Source: Phoronis australis
Taxonomy: Eukaryota; Animalia; Phoronida
Direction of reading: 5' to 3'
Assembly: GCA_002633005.1 (NCBI GenBank)
Contig: NMRA01000079.1
Span: forward strand, 804,077-868,076
DNA length: 64,000 bases
The first letter of the stretch is position 1, and every line of letters starts with the position of its first letter. Positions 52,401-64,000 of the stretch are shown here, one piece after another. The position numbers were made by a program, and so were the translations under genes. The notes below the pieces were generated by a model. That model was not told the origin of the DNA, did not search any database, and was given only the letters and a program-made list of their open reading frames with translations.

Positions 52401-54297
52401 AAATTAGGCTTTGACAACAGATTTGCACTGAAAAGGAGGATCTTTCTGGTTAGCTGCCTGCAGTCAACTGCTTAAAACCAATTTATGTCCATTCATGGCG
52501 GTTGCAGAAGCGATGCATACCTCCTCTGCAAGGTACTAGCTCTCAAGCCTAAAAAACAAAGGTCAGGTGAAAACAGACGTGATATAGTTCCATGTGTACA
52601 ACGTGTACAAAACTTCCGGAGGACATAGGATAGGGAGTAAACAAATAGTCTAATGAATGGGTATTTGTCACGTACCCTTATGGCTTAGATTGTAGTGTTA
52701 CCTCACTAACAAATATCGAGTTAACAGCATAAACATTCAGCATTGATTGATGTAACTGTCACTGATAAAATGGTTAGAAATTATTCCAAACATTAACAAT
52801 ACTGCTTTGATATACGAAAAGATCCCGAGTCAAGTATCGTATCACACGTCAGTCATCACAACAAACAATGATTAACCGACTGGCGACTGCCGCGAAGTCG
52901 ACATCGGCCAGTACCTCAATTAACAGGTATCAGTATTGTAAACATGGAATAACCGTTAAAATATACACAAACCTTACCTTTGTATAAAGTCATGCTTACT
53001 ACCCCTCGTAGAAGCATCCTTTTCACGCAATCAAAGATTCAGTTGGCCCGGCTGCAGGACATTTCACCGTGTATTTAAAGGGCTAGCGAAATCGAGGCTG
53101 CTTAATATATCACCACTAGTACACGCGCGCCATCTAGTAATGTGAAGATTGTCGAATAGCCCCGTTGTAACTCCTTCCAATTACATACATGTGTCAGTTA
53201 ACAGCTAGCTAGAAAAACGGAATTTTATTCCCATTGTGGTAACTCATACTTGTTACGAAAGAGCAAAATGGACTCATGTAATTTTTTAATCAAGCAATCT
53301 GCCGTTTTGTGATGCAAGTCCCCACGTGTGTGAAGGTCCCACATTTCCTAGTCCAACAGGGTCTATGCAGGGGACATATCGCTACATCTGTGTGACTCAA
53401 CTGCATGTTGTCTACCATGAACTCAGAAACCGTTTTAATTCAACCGATTATAATCTATGTACATGTATATATACTATTACTGGACGACATCTTTTCTCAG
53501 AGTGAAAGGACAGTTATGCAGCATGTGGAAACGTTGTGAATCTAAAATACAGAAAAAAAAATGCTTCACCCTCATCACAATTTCGTAAGCGTTGTCCACA
53601 CGTCTCTGCAACCTTTTGAAAACGGAAAACTTTCTTTTCCCATGCAGACTGTCCGAATACAAACTTTTGAAAACGCTCTCCAGAAAGGAGTTTTAGTATT
53701 CGTGTGGACAGGCGAGAACGTACATTCTCTAAAACGCCTGATGTCGCTATCGTGCACGTATATTATTGACATATTCAGGTGGACGGTAAGCTGTTTGAAA
53801 ACGCGATCAGGAGGAGATTCTCTTCAGTTATACATGTACCCCTCTCGCCCGAAGTATTATGAAAACCTAGTCAGTGCACAGCGCCTTTTACTGAACCAGT
53901 GTACAGAGTCTGTGGAGACACTTTAACTAATGAAGTTAGGAAACATAATCAGCAGTCAGTAACAAACATATGTGCCTTCGGATGCTAATAACAGTTGCGA
54001 TGTGGTGTGTGGGGGAAATGCGGTTTGGTTATCGTACGCAGAGGGGGTTCGTAGACAAGAACAAGAGATGAGTCTTGACTAGTATATTGAAGTTTGTAAA
54101 CGTTACATAAGGAGAACAACTCTCAATGCGGAGTAACCACTACTAATTCTACTAATACTGCTCATAACACTAATGATACTACTATAGTACCTTAGTTGCA
54201 GGGTCACTGAGCTCTTCATGTTATTCGGAGAATCAGTGGTATATGACATACAAAACGCTGTTGACCTCCCTCGTCTAACATTCGGTAATTCTCCAGC

Positions 54298-54440
54298 ATG
54301 GATCAATTAAGGGAATACAACAATCGCTTCAGGCAGCCAGCATTAGATTCTCTTCTAACCAAGTCGCGATTTTGCAACAAAGTTGTCATTGTGACAGGGG
54401 GAGCCTCTGGTATAGGCCGAGCAACTGTGGAGAGGTTCTG
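54298..54440 (+). CDS. Paralogous SDR exon 1 (copy 2), intact
   Basis: MDQLREYNNRFRQPALDSLLTKSRFCNKVVIVTGGASGIGRATVERF; same 143-nt length and same tg|gtaagt donor as 31204-31346. No downstream exons recognised in the window. Confidence 0.75.
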
Positions 54441-54500
54441 GTAAGTTGACAACACCGACTCACACAGAGTTATTAATGATAACTTAAGCTTGTCTTAAAT

Positions 54501-54839
54501 TGTGTAACTCATTGTCGACGTCATTCACACGCCTGCATATGCCGAGATGTAAAATCCTTAAGATTCCGAAAAGCCAAATCAAGCATGGAGGCCACAACCA
54601 CTGTTGGATACTCAAGACAGCGAAATCTGAAAGATGGAATGAACTCATCTCGCTTCAATTGTCACTCGTAATACACCCATGAACAAACTCTCGTGTGGGC
54701 AGGTGCATGAATCAAACTATCCAGTCATGGCGCCGTGAACAGTGATGTGAAATAATTCTGCAGTTGAAGTCGATCGCGATGTGTTGTAGCGATACGGTAC
54801 TCGAAAAGAGCAACGGAGAATATAAAAAGGGCTTTCATA
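54501..54839 (+). repeat. Duplicated SDR intron-1 segment (paralogous to 63215-63543)
   Basis: Colinear similarity, e.g. gtcattcacacgcctgca, aaagccaaatcaagcat, acccatgaacaaactctcgtg. Confidence 0.85.
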
Positions 54840-57800
54840 TAGTCCGGTCCCTTAGCAGCCAAAAACCCCAAAACATTTATACCCCGGATTAAAGCACCAA
54901 ATTTGGTACACAGATACTTTTGGACACGCTGAATCTCATGGGGGTCGGTTGCCCGAAATTTGAGGTCAAGGTCAAGGTCAAATCAAGGTCAAAGTTCATG
55001 TGGGTAATTTTTTTGAAATGGCTTCAGACGAAATAACTGTTTCATTACTGTTTCAGGTGATAAGCAGGAGGCTTTATTTTTATTTAAAATTAATGTTAAT
55101 AACTTGTACAAATAATTTAAAAGTAAAAAAGTAATTTTCCAGACGCTTAAGATGGTATTATCCTAATTAATAGAACATATACATTTTCAATAAAAAAGTC
55201 TATTTGTTTTCTCTGGCTGAGAAAAACTGTCAAACTAGTATGAATATGCATTAAATCAACTCTAAGATGTTTACCTTTAACAGAAATTGAATTTTAAATG
55301 TTTTTGTTACAATATTTATGGTTAATTATGTAACAAATCGTCTCCGTAATTAAACGAAATCGGACATCTTGCTAAATTTCCAAAGAACAATTGCTGAAAC
55401 TTTTATCATCATTTTTAATTTGATCATAGCTGACGCTAACTTTGTTAATTAATGAGTTTACATTTTAGTTTGAACTTGATGGTCACATAAACTAAACCAA
55501 TTAAAGTAATTTAGGTCAACATGGTTTCCAGCAGAATGAAATAAAAAAGTCAGGTTTTACTTGTTGTATCACGATAAGGTGAAGCCCTTGTTGCACTATA
55601 CTTTAAAACAGGTCCAGGCATAATGATTGTCTTGAGGAACATGTCCTATTATCCAATGTCTATTTTTAAGATTTGTGTCCATCCAGTTAGTTGTGTTGAC
55701 ACATTATGTAACAACTGAAGCTGACCCTTGCTCATCCAGACAACAGTACCAAAGCAGGTGACATCAGGTCTGAGACTCGCATGATGTTGACCTCTAGTTC
55801 ATTGTTCTTGTAATATTATTTTGAATGAGATTTACTAATTTAGGTACATGTATGTACTTTTTTGAGTAACTATGTGATATGAAAATATCCTAAATTCATT
55901 TAACTGATTGGAGATAATCATATCGCGTTTGGTGGTGATAGACCGACCCAAAAAACCTCTCCTCATATTCGAATAGGTGGAAATTCCTGCGATTTCCACA
56001 AACCTTTGAGGAAAATGCGATTTCACGCCTATACACATTTCCTGATGGCATTAAGCTCCATTGCCAGATGTAATTTTCATGCTTATTGACCCTACAGCCC
56101 TAATGGGTAATAGACTATTGAAATTGCTGATAAAAGCGTGTCAAGTTTATAGTCCCTGTAACCCCTGAGATTCTATCACGGATATTTCGCTTTATGACTT
56201 TTGGTGAACTTCAGCACATCCGAAGACAGGAGCAGGGATTTCCTGTTTAAATCAGTACAGTAGCTATTCTCATAAATACAATGTAAGTTGTTTAATAAGG
56301 CATAAGAGACTAATTTTTCCAACAGCCCTATTCCGATAAATAATATCTACAAAAAATACACTTTGATTTCGCAGCAGATTCTTCCCAAGGACAAGTTGTT
56401 TGAGCAATGCCCTACTCCAGAGTCACCACTAGTAATTGCCCGACAACAGATTGTTCTAAAACTTTATTGAAAGCAGTTGAGATAACGTACATTTTCTGAA
56501 TAACAAGCCATAGGTACAATTAATAGAAATGTTTCGAAGACGGCTGGTTACCTGAGCTGAAACGATACATCAGCTCTCGTTAAATTACTATGACGTATTC
56601 ATACTGCCTGCTTCAGGCCACACTGGCCTCAGTGGCTACAGTTGGTAGAGCTGATTACTTTCTTCAAGTTTCGCACTTGACTAGAAAATGACATGCACAT
56701 CTCTGGCAAAGCTTCAGGAAAAACCCTTTCTTATTGTGAGAAATGAAGGTGCAGTTTTCGACCAACATCTTTCTCCGGCTGGAAAAGTGATAACCAAAGA
56801 AGAAGTCCAAAATTTGATTTCTGAAATGTGATTTTACTGATCTTGATGTTCGTCCTTGCTCATAGCGAAGGCGGCAACTTGCCACTGTACAATGATGTCC
56901 TAGAATTTCTCGTGCTCTATTTTCTTGCTCTTGAGCTTCAAAATTATGCAAGATGGGTCCCTTTCCACATCCAAGACATGACAGCTATGTCAGCTAACGT
57001 ATAACAACATCTGAAGATTCTGTGCTATTGCAATTGACCAAGCGGATCAACAAAATAATGCCTTAGTCAAAGACAGTGATGGGGCTATTGGATTAACTGA
57101 AAATCCAAACGCTTTGGCAGGGTAGTGTTTGGAAGTGAGCTAGCCTGGTTGGTGACTGAGTTTGATTGTCAATAGCGTTTTGAGGAGACAAGCCACCACA
57201 AAGACAGGACATCCTTCCAGAACAACTTTAAAAACCATGTGAACAGTTTGTGTGGTGTAAGATGTAATTTCAGCCAAGAGAAACCCTTTCTTTGTCCATG
57301 GTGATAAACTTATGACGATAGATACTCTACAAGTCTTCAGATTATCGAAGTGAGTGGAAAACAGCAATATGACAACTATAAGCAAACAGTCCTAATTGTA
57401 AAGTCACAACCAATAAAGACTAATGTCAAGAAAAACAAGTATGCTGTTTTCAAAAAAGCTAGCGGGAAGGCAAAAAGAGCAACTCAGCAACGCATGGATG
57501 ACATCAAGAAAGACTGCAGCTTAGTCAGCTTTTTGTAGCTAGTCAATTTCTAGAAGGTAACCTGGATGATTTTCTTATTCATGAGAAACATTCTTGGTCA
57601 CCATCCCTGAACCAAAACGGCAGTCTCCGTTTACCTTCACAGAAGTCGCAGTTACTTAACATGTTAGAATTTCCTCATCCAAACGTTCCTGAATCCGTCG
57701 ATGTCAAAGTCTTTGATCGACCAGCTATTGTGCACAGCTTTTCTCCAAACGAATCAGTGACATTCGGACAGTTCGGTGGGCACACTCTAAACTTCACAAC

Positions 57801-58838
57801 TGTAGTAGAGTTGACACTGTGTTTGCAGGTGCTTACACCGAAGGCAGCTTGAAGGCCACCGCAAAAGCTGATAGAGGTTCGGGTGACCTTGCCAAAGTTT
57901 CTCCCCAAATGCGACTGTCTGAATTTCCAGAATTTCTTGCAAAACTCGAAGAATAAAGAGGAATTGTTTGACAATCGACTGTTCTCCAGAACAAGATATA
58001 TATGTTACCTACGGCCAGTCTGTTCTTTCCTCTGGTTCGGACATACCGCCGTGCGATCATGAGAAGTCGGACACCCCTATGGGTTTGTACATTGCAGACG
58101 TTTCATCAAAGGTAATCAGAAAATACTGGTTACTACAGTGGATACTGATGTTGTGGTCGTTCTTATTGGTGTTTTGATCAGTTTAAGGCTTTGCAGCCAG
58201 CAATTCTAGTACGGGTAGTGGTTAAAGCTGGAAAGAACGCGCGCTAGCTCTTTGCCAGTAGCGTGTTTGACCAGCTTGGGTACGATTTGTGTGTAGCTCA
58301 ACCAGTTTCATGTCTTAACAGGGTCGGACACAACATCCCAGTTCTATGGAGAAGGAAAGAAAACAGCATGGAAGACATGGAAAGCTAACTCTGATGCTAC
58401 TCAGGCATTCTCATGCCAGCAATTTTAATTCCTTTCAGCAACTCACCATCACAGGAGTTCAAAACAAATGACATTTAAATATCTCGTTTATCACCGAAAA
58501 GCCAAAACCAGCCAGGTCAATACTTTACAAAAGGAGCTTTCCCTCAAAAATTCAGATCATGCCAAATTTATCGCTTACCCAATCTCCACTGATAAAGAAT
58601 GTTAACAAATGCTTGTATCAAGCTGGCAGAGCGGTCTAGAGGGGTTTGGATGGCAGAGAGAGACACAGACCAACAATGGACACCAGGCTGGACAGACATG
58701 CCTGAAGTCTCCAAAGCTGGTAAGCTGCTCATTGAGTGTGGTTGCAAGAGCTTACAACTACATGTATGCGTCAAGTGATGTGGATGTGATTCCTTAGCAT
58801 GCACAACGCTTAGCAAATGCCAGGGAACATGTCAGTGA
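54840..58838 (+). mobile_element. Decayed AcademX-type transposon: candidate left end and frameshifted transposase/XPG/Cys-rich ORF
   Basis: TAGTCCGGTCCC at 54840, exactly where homology to the paralogous intron stops. Remnant motifs at ~56600-58838: QVSHLTR.HAH, NYARWVPFHIQDM, AIAIDQA..QNN, KVFD, CDHEKSDT, TVDTDVVV, FHVLTGSDTTSQFYGEGKKTAWK (XPG/H3TH-like) and a C-terminal ECGCK...KCQGTC cluster. Many stops and frameshifts. Confidence 0.75.
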
Positions 58839-60757
58839 CATGGTTTGTTTTGGTGCAAAGGAACAGATGATAGTGTTAATTGAATTATGTGAGCTACAGT
58901 GACAATTTGACATTAATCCGTTTTATTGTGTTGATATTATAAGCAGTTGACAATCGGTTTATATTATGTAGACAGGAGCTAGAACAAGCATATTAACGTC
59001 ATTTATCAAAGCTGGGCTCCGAGTTTTTGGTCGAGTCTGTCAAGTGCTATGCATATATTGGTCTCTTTATCATAACATTAACCGAATTTCCATAATAATT
59101 GTGCAAATTAATGATAAATCGAGTTCATTTTNCTTGTAGACCACGAGCCTCGCCGTTATGTCAGTATACACTTCAAACTTTCGCCGCGATTCAAAAAGAA
59201 GCCAAAGTTTTGGTGCTCTTGCGAGGAATCTGCCCCACAATTGAGCTATCACCAGCTCCGCCCCCTTGCGAAAAGTCACGTGACACCCGACAAACAAGCA
59301 AGATGACAGAGGCAAATACACAGTCGCTAAACGACGTTCCTGGTGGAATTGATGGGCGTTTTTTTGCTCTTCCCGAAAACGCTTTGACAAAGAAATCAGG
59401 TGGCACTTTTCAGCTTAGAATCGTATATTCGTGACTTGGGAATTTGTATAGCTGCGACGATAAAAAAGTGTTCGAGCAAAAGTATTTCGGAGTCAGCGAA
59501 AGTCCAAAGAACCCCACAAAGGGTTCACCTTCACTTGAAAACTGACAAGGCCACTGATTCGATAAGTTCATGTGAAGCTGGGTATTAAACTTAAAGTCGA
59601 ATTATCTGTACGATGACATAGATTTCAGGATATTTTGAACAAAATCAGAGAAGACTCGCCGATATATTTATTCTGCCGTCTGCTAAATTCCGCCAAATGA
59701 AAAGTAGATCACAACTGATTGTATTCTCCAAGTAAAGTTTATATTTTCTGATCTTCCAGCGAAACTATTTGATTAAAAAAATCAGATCGGTAGCTCAGGC
59801 ACATAATCATCCTAGACAAGCAGTCAGCTCTGGTAGCTCTACGGCTGTGTCCAAAAGTCAAATTAACGCATGGAATTGGCCGTAATTCAGTGCACCATTA
59901 AGACGGTTAAGTTAGGCTTCACATTTTTGTACATTCATTGCATAATGGTAGTTTGCAGTTAACTTTAAACGTAGTATGATCACGCTGTCTTATACTGCCC
60001 CATCGGTACAGTTACCAGTAGAGCACAAGCCTCTACAGTCAGTGCTTCCCCTCCTTACACTGCCACATCATCCTGGGGGCGACTGTATTGCCAGTGCCCC
60101 CCTCACTCACCACCCCATTTTCATCCCGGGGCAACTGTATTGCCAGTGTCCTGTTCATGGGCACCTTTAATGCCAGTGTCCATTTCACTCACCCATTTTT
60201 CACCCTAGGGCGCCTGTATTGCCAGTGTCCTACTTCACTCATTCTCCATTTTCATTGGCATGCCCTTTCCACTCACCTTTTCGGGGTTCTCCCTCTCGGG
60301 CACTCCTTCCCGCCCCCTTTATACTTGTTGGTTTACCCCATGCCCTATTATGGGTGATTCTCCACTTAGCATTTTTCCATACTTTATATAGGTTTACTTT
60401 TGACGGTGCAACCGTTTGCTGTTACTTATTTGTATGTATCTTCGTACATGTCACCGTTTCTGTTTAGTTAGGCTTATATAGACACCTGCTTTTTGTTGGT
60501 TGACATGTTCCTTATGTATATTCTTTAGTTTTTATCTATTCATGTTGGACTTATATTCCTCTGGGTTTCAGTTACTATGATTTCGACACCTTGTTGTGCC
60601 GCTCTATAACTTTGTCATGTTGCCTCTCTGTGTACCACTCCATGTTCGTATTTTCCTATTTACGTGCTTACTTTAGCCCCCTTTTTTCTTATGCCCCTTT
60701 TGGCAGCCTCGCTTGCTCTCCCTTGGGTGGGCAGATGCATCTTTCTGCTGCATCTGT

Positions 60758-61454
60758 GGCAGATTGTCACCCACCTTTACAGTTCAATATATTATGTAAC
60801 TTTTGTAATTACCGATATCTGTAGTACATGTAGTTTAGTTTTATTGTCATAATATATATGATCTTTTATCTCATCTATACGTGTTGTTTCACTGTAAACT
60901 ATCTTCGGTATCGCTTAGCAATTAGCGCATATAAAATTATTTAAGTATTAAATTGTTTTATGTAAGCTATACTGCTTCGACCTCATTATCATATTGTTTG
61001 GATTCTCGGGTCAGTGACCCTCTTTGTTCTACGATTATTGGTTTAACTGCACCACGTGATCTTTATGTCTCGTCGCAGCACTGGGCCATCGTTCACAATT
61101 CTCTCCAAATTTCAGTTTGCACTCAATTTCTCTTTCCCTCCCTACAGCAACACCAATTTTCCTTACTCCCCTGTTTATCCTTACCTTCCCCATGTCGCTG
61201 TCCTGGTGTTGCTGTTATGCTTCCGCATATTATTACTTAACATTCTATTCACCACTTATGTATACCTTCATTGCTACTAGGCAGATTGTCACCCACCTTT
61301 ACAGTTCAACATATTATGTAACTTTTGTAATTACCGATATCTGTAGCAGTTTAGTTTGTCATAATGTACATGTATATGACCTTTTATCTCATCTACGCGT
61401 GTTGTTTCACTGTAAACTAGCTTCGTTATCGCTTCGCAGTTAGCGCATATAAAA
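60758..61454 (+). repeat. Direct repeat pair (~175 bp; 60758-60936 and 61280-61454)
   Basis: ggcagattgtcacccacctttacagttcaa...ttagcgcatataaaa occurs twice. Confidence 0.85.
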
Positions 61455-61498
61455 AACACTGTTGACCTCCCTCGTCTATCACTCGGTAACTCGCCAGC

Positions 61499-61641
61499 AG
61501 GGATCAACTAAGCGAATACAACAATCGCTTCAGGCAGCCAGCATTAGATTCTCCTCTAACCAAGTCGCGATTTTGCAACAAAGTTGTCATTGTGACAGGG
61601 GGAGCCTCTGGTATAGGCCGAGCAACTGTGGAGAGGTTCTG
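61499..61641 (+). pseudogene. Paralogous SDR exon 1 (copy 3), start codon mutated ATG>AGG
   Basis: Nearly identical to copy 2 (DQLSEYNNRFRQPALDSPLTKSRFCNKVVIVTGGASGIGRATVERF) with donor intact, but ccagcAGGgat replaces ccagcATGgat. Confidence 0.7.
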
Positions 61642-61669
61642 GTAAGTTGACAACACCAACTCACACACA

Positions 61670-63203
61670 CCCTTATCCTGCTAAGCTTCTTTGCAGACAA
61701 CTTTAACATTGTGCTGAGCTAAGTAGGTCACCACTGCTGCTATGCACTGGGCTGTTAAAAAGGTCACTCAGATTACTGACCTGACATTTTTAAATCGGAA
61801 ATTTGAAGGAGTAATGTCAACTTCACATAAAAATAGTCTACGCAAAAGTTGTTCAGAATTTAATGGGGATTTTTATTATATACATATCTTTACCATAGCT
61901 TTGCTGTCAATAATTCTATTAACTTTCAAACTGGACACCCTTTGTTTTTATCTGTTTTGCACATGAGAACATTATACATGTAGCTGACACGCACTCAAAA
62001 ACCGTAATAAGCATTTTTAAAAGGGAATTCATGGGACTTGCATGTTTAATAAAGCAGATTTATTGTCTGTAACATCACATCTACAAACAAGAATGTACAG
62101 TATATAACATAGGGTCTACCTCTAGTTTGCACGATAACAAGTTTATGACTGGTGCAGTCGCTTACTAAAGTCTGTTTTGAATTTCACCTTGGTGTGCAAA
62201 TCTTGAAACACGGGTGGGGACACAAAACTATTCTTTGAAAAAGTCACAAAAATATCTAGTTCTGAATGAGTTCCATCATGTTTCAGAGGCTCTGTATTAT
62301 GCCCGAAGGGCGTGAGCCAAGCATCGTCTAGGCCCGTCCAAGTTCAGCTTCAGGGACCGGTAACTCATCAAAAATCGCACTGAGATCCGAATCGATAGAA
62401 TCTGCATTACTTGTGACTGTTGTATTAGTTTTCCTAGTCACTGTCACCGTCACTTTCGAGTGCCAATTCCAGCTCGTTTTCACTATCTGAGTCCATCAAC
62501 ACTTCCTCAAGAAACTGGTCAACAGTCATCTTACCACGTTTGGCACCAGCCAAGATAAAACCTGCGTAAACTTTCAAATATCTCGGCAACAACTCACCAC
62601 AGCCATACGTTGTAAATCAGAAAAATGTACAGGAAACTATGATCTGTGGAATGCGCATGCTCACACATATATACAGCATACGGGGCTTACACAATTTCTC
62701 AATGAAAAACACCAGTGTCCTGGGGNAATTGCACTGAGATCCGAATCGATAGAATCTGCATTATACTTGTGACTGTTGTATTAGTTTTCCTAGTCACTGT
62801 CACCGTCACTTTCGAGTGCTAATTCCAGCTCGTTTTCACTATCTGAGTCCATCAACACTTCCTCAAGAAACTGGTCAACAGTCATCTTACCACGTTTGGC
62901 ACCAGCCAAGATAAAACCTGCGTAAACTTTCAAATATCTCGGCAACAACTCACCACAGCCATACGTTGTAAATCAGAAAAATGTACAGGAAACTACGATC
63001 TGTGGAATGCGCATGCTCACACATATAAACAGCATACGGGCTTACACAATTTCTCAATGAAAAACACCAGTGTCCTGGGGTGAGTACACCCTCCTTGCGC
63101 AGTCCAGTCGTAGCTTTTTATAGGCGATTGAGTACACCCGACGCATTTTAATAGGATAATTGGCTTCAGTTGTCGGCTGACCTCACCTAGCGCAGGATAA
63201 GGG
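61670..63203 (-). mobile_element. piggyBac-like non-autonomous element in intron of SDR copy 3
   Basis: TIRs CCCTTATCCTGC / GCAGGATAAGGG; absent from the paralogous copy-2 intron. Minus-strand KRGKMTVDQFLEEVLMDSDSENELELALESDGDSD resembles acidic piggyBac transposase N-termini. The TTAA TSD is not preserved. Confidence 0.55.
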
Positions 63204-63214
63204 TTGCCATAAAC

Positions 63215-63543
63215 TGTGTACTTCATTGTCGATGTCATTCACACGCCTGCATGTGCCGAGTTGTGAAAACCGGAAGATTCTGAAAAGCCAAATCAAGCAT
63301 AGAGGCCACAACCACTGTTGGATACTCAAGATAGCAAAATTTGAAAGATGGAATGAATTCATTTCTCTACAGTTGGCACTCTTCAAAGCACCCATGAACA
63401 AACTCTCGTGTTGGCAGGTGCATGAATCAGGCTATCCAGTCATTGTGCCAATGTGATGAGAAATGATTCTGCAGTTGAAGTCGATCGCGGCGTGTTGTGG
63501 TACACGCAAGGAGCAACGGGGAATATAAAAAAGGGTTTTCATA
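63215..63543 (+). repeat. Duplicated SDR intron-1 segment (paralogous to 54501-54839)
   Basis: Same colinear blocks as 54501-54839. Confidence 0.85.
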
Positions 63544-64000
63544 ACTCGACTTCGTTTATTGCGCACTTGCATCGTTATTGCCGTTAAAATATCTATTGTT
63601 GTTCGGTTATCTGAAACAAAACAAAACCATACCCTTACAAAAATCAACTCAAGTTTTCATCCAAAAAGTTACTAGGTTTTGAATCACGAAAACTAAGTAT
63701 TTTGATACACGTTTTTGACACAAAATTATGCGTTGTATCGTTACGGTAGTTGATTTGATTATTAAGGTTATCTGTAACAAAACAAAACCCTATTAAGTGA
63801 GGTTGACCTAGGTAATCTCTTCACAATTCACCATCTAAATAATAATAACTATAATGCACTACAAAAAGCTAGCAGATTACAGAAACGATGCTATAAATTG
63901 TTCAACATTCTCTAACGGCACATTGACCCAGTCGCAGCAAACAACGCTATATATACAAACAATTAATTAGGTCAAATGTACGCAATGTAAAGAGACACAA

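Noticed and set aside
53589-53710. GTCCACACG...CGTGTGGAC inverted motif (similar at 17793-17853)
   Set aside because: Probably remnants of a common MITE, but the boundaries could not be defined.
62377-63080. Near-perfect ~350-bp tandem duplication
   Set aside because: The copies are separated by a single N (62726) and differ at only a few bases. This is typical of overlapping contig ends or alleles joined in scaffolding.

Overview
AT-rich, intron-rich eukaryotic draft-assembly sequence, probably a marine invertebrate, with three N-gaps. Two spliced + strand genes can be rebuilt by hand with phase-consistent GT-AG introns. The first is a ~771-aa type I membrane protein (putative signal peptide, CUB, divergent MAM-like domain, Thr-rich linker, CUB, CUB, TM, cytoplasmic tail with three PPxY motifs) at ~4.5-28.6 kb. 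The second is a 288-aa classical short-chain dehydrogenase/reductase (SDR) at 31.2-46.4 kb. Two extra copies of SDR exon 1 follow at 54.3 kb (intact) and 61.5 kb (ATG lost). Introns and intergenic DNA hold many transposons: an RTE-type LINE split by a 5.6-kb Academ-like element with ~750-bp TIRs and further nested elements, a THAP-bearing Kolobok-like element with TTAA TSD, a decayed AcademX-type transposase, a piggyBac-like remnant, a tRNA-derived SINE family and several MITEs. The most striking unexplained signal is the palindrome TACATGTA (~39 copies by eye). At three sites the window itself indicates that it arose by insertion of CATGTA at a TA, as expected for Tc1/mariner-type excision footprints. 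All family calls come from motif recognition, not database searches.
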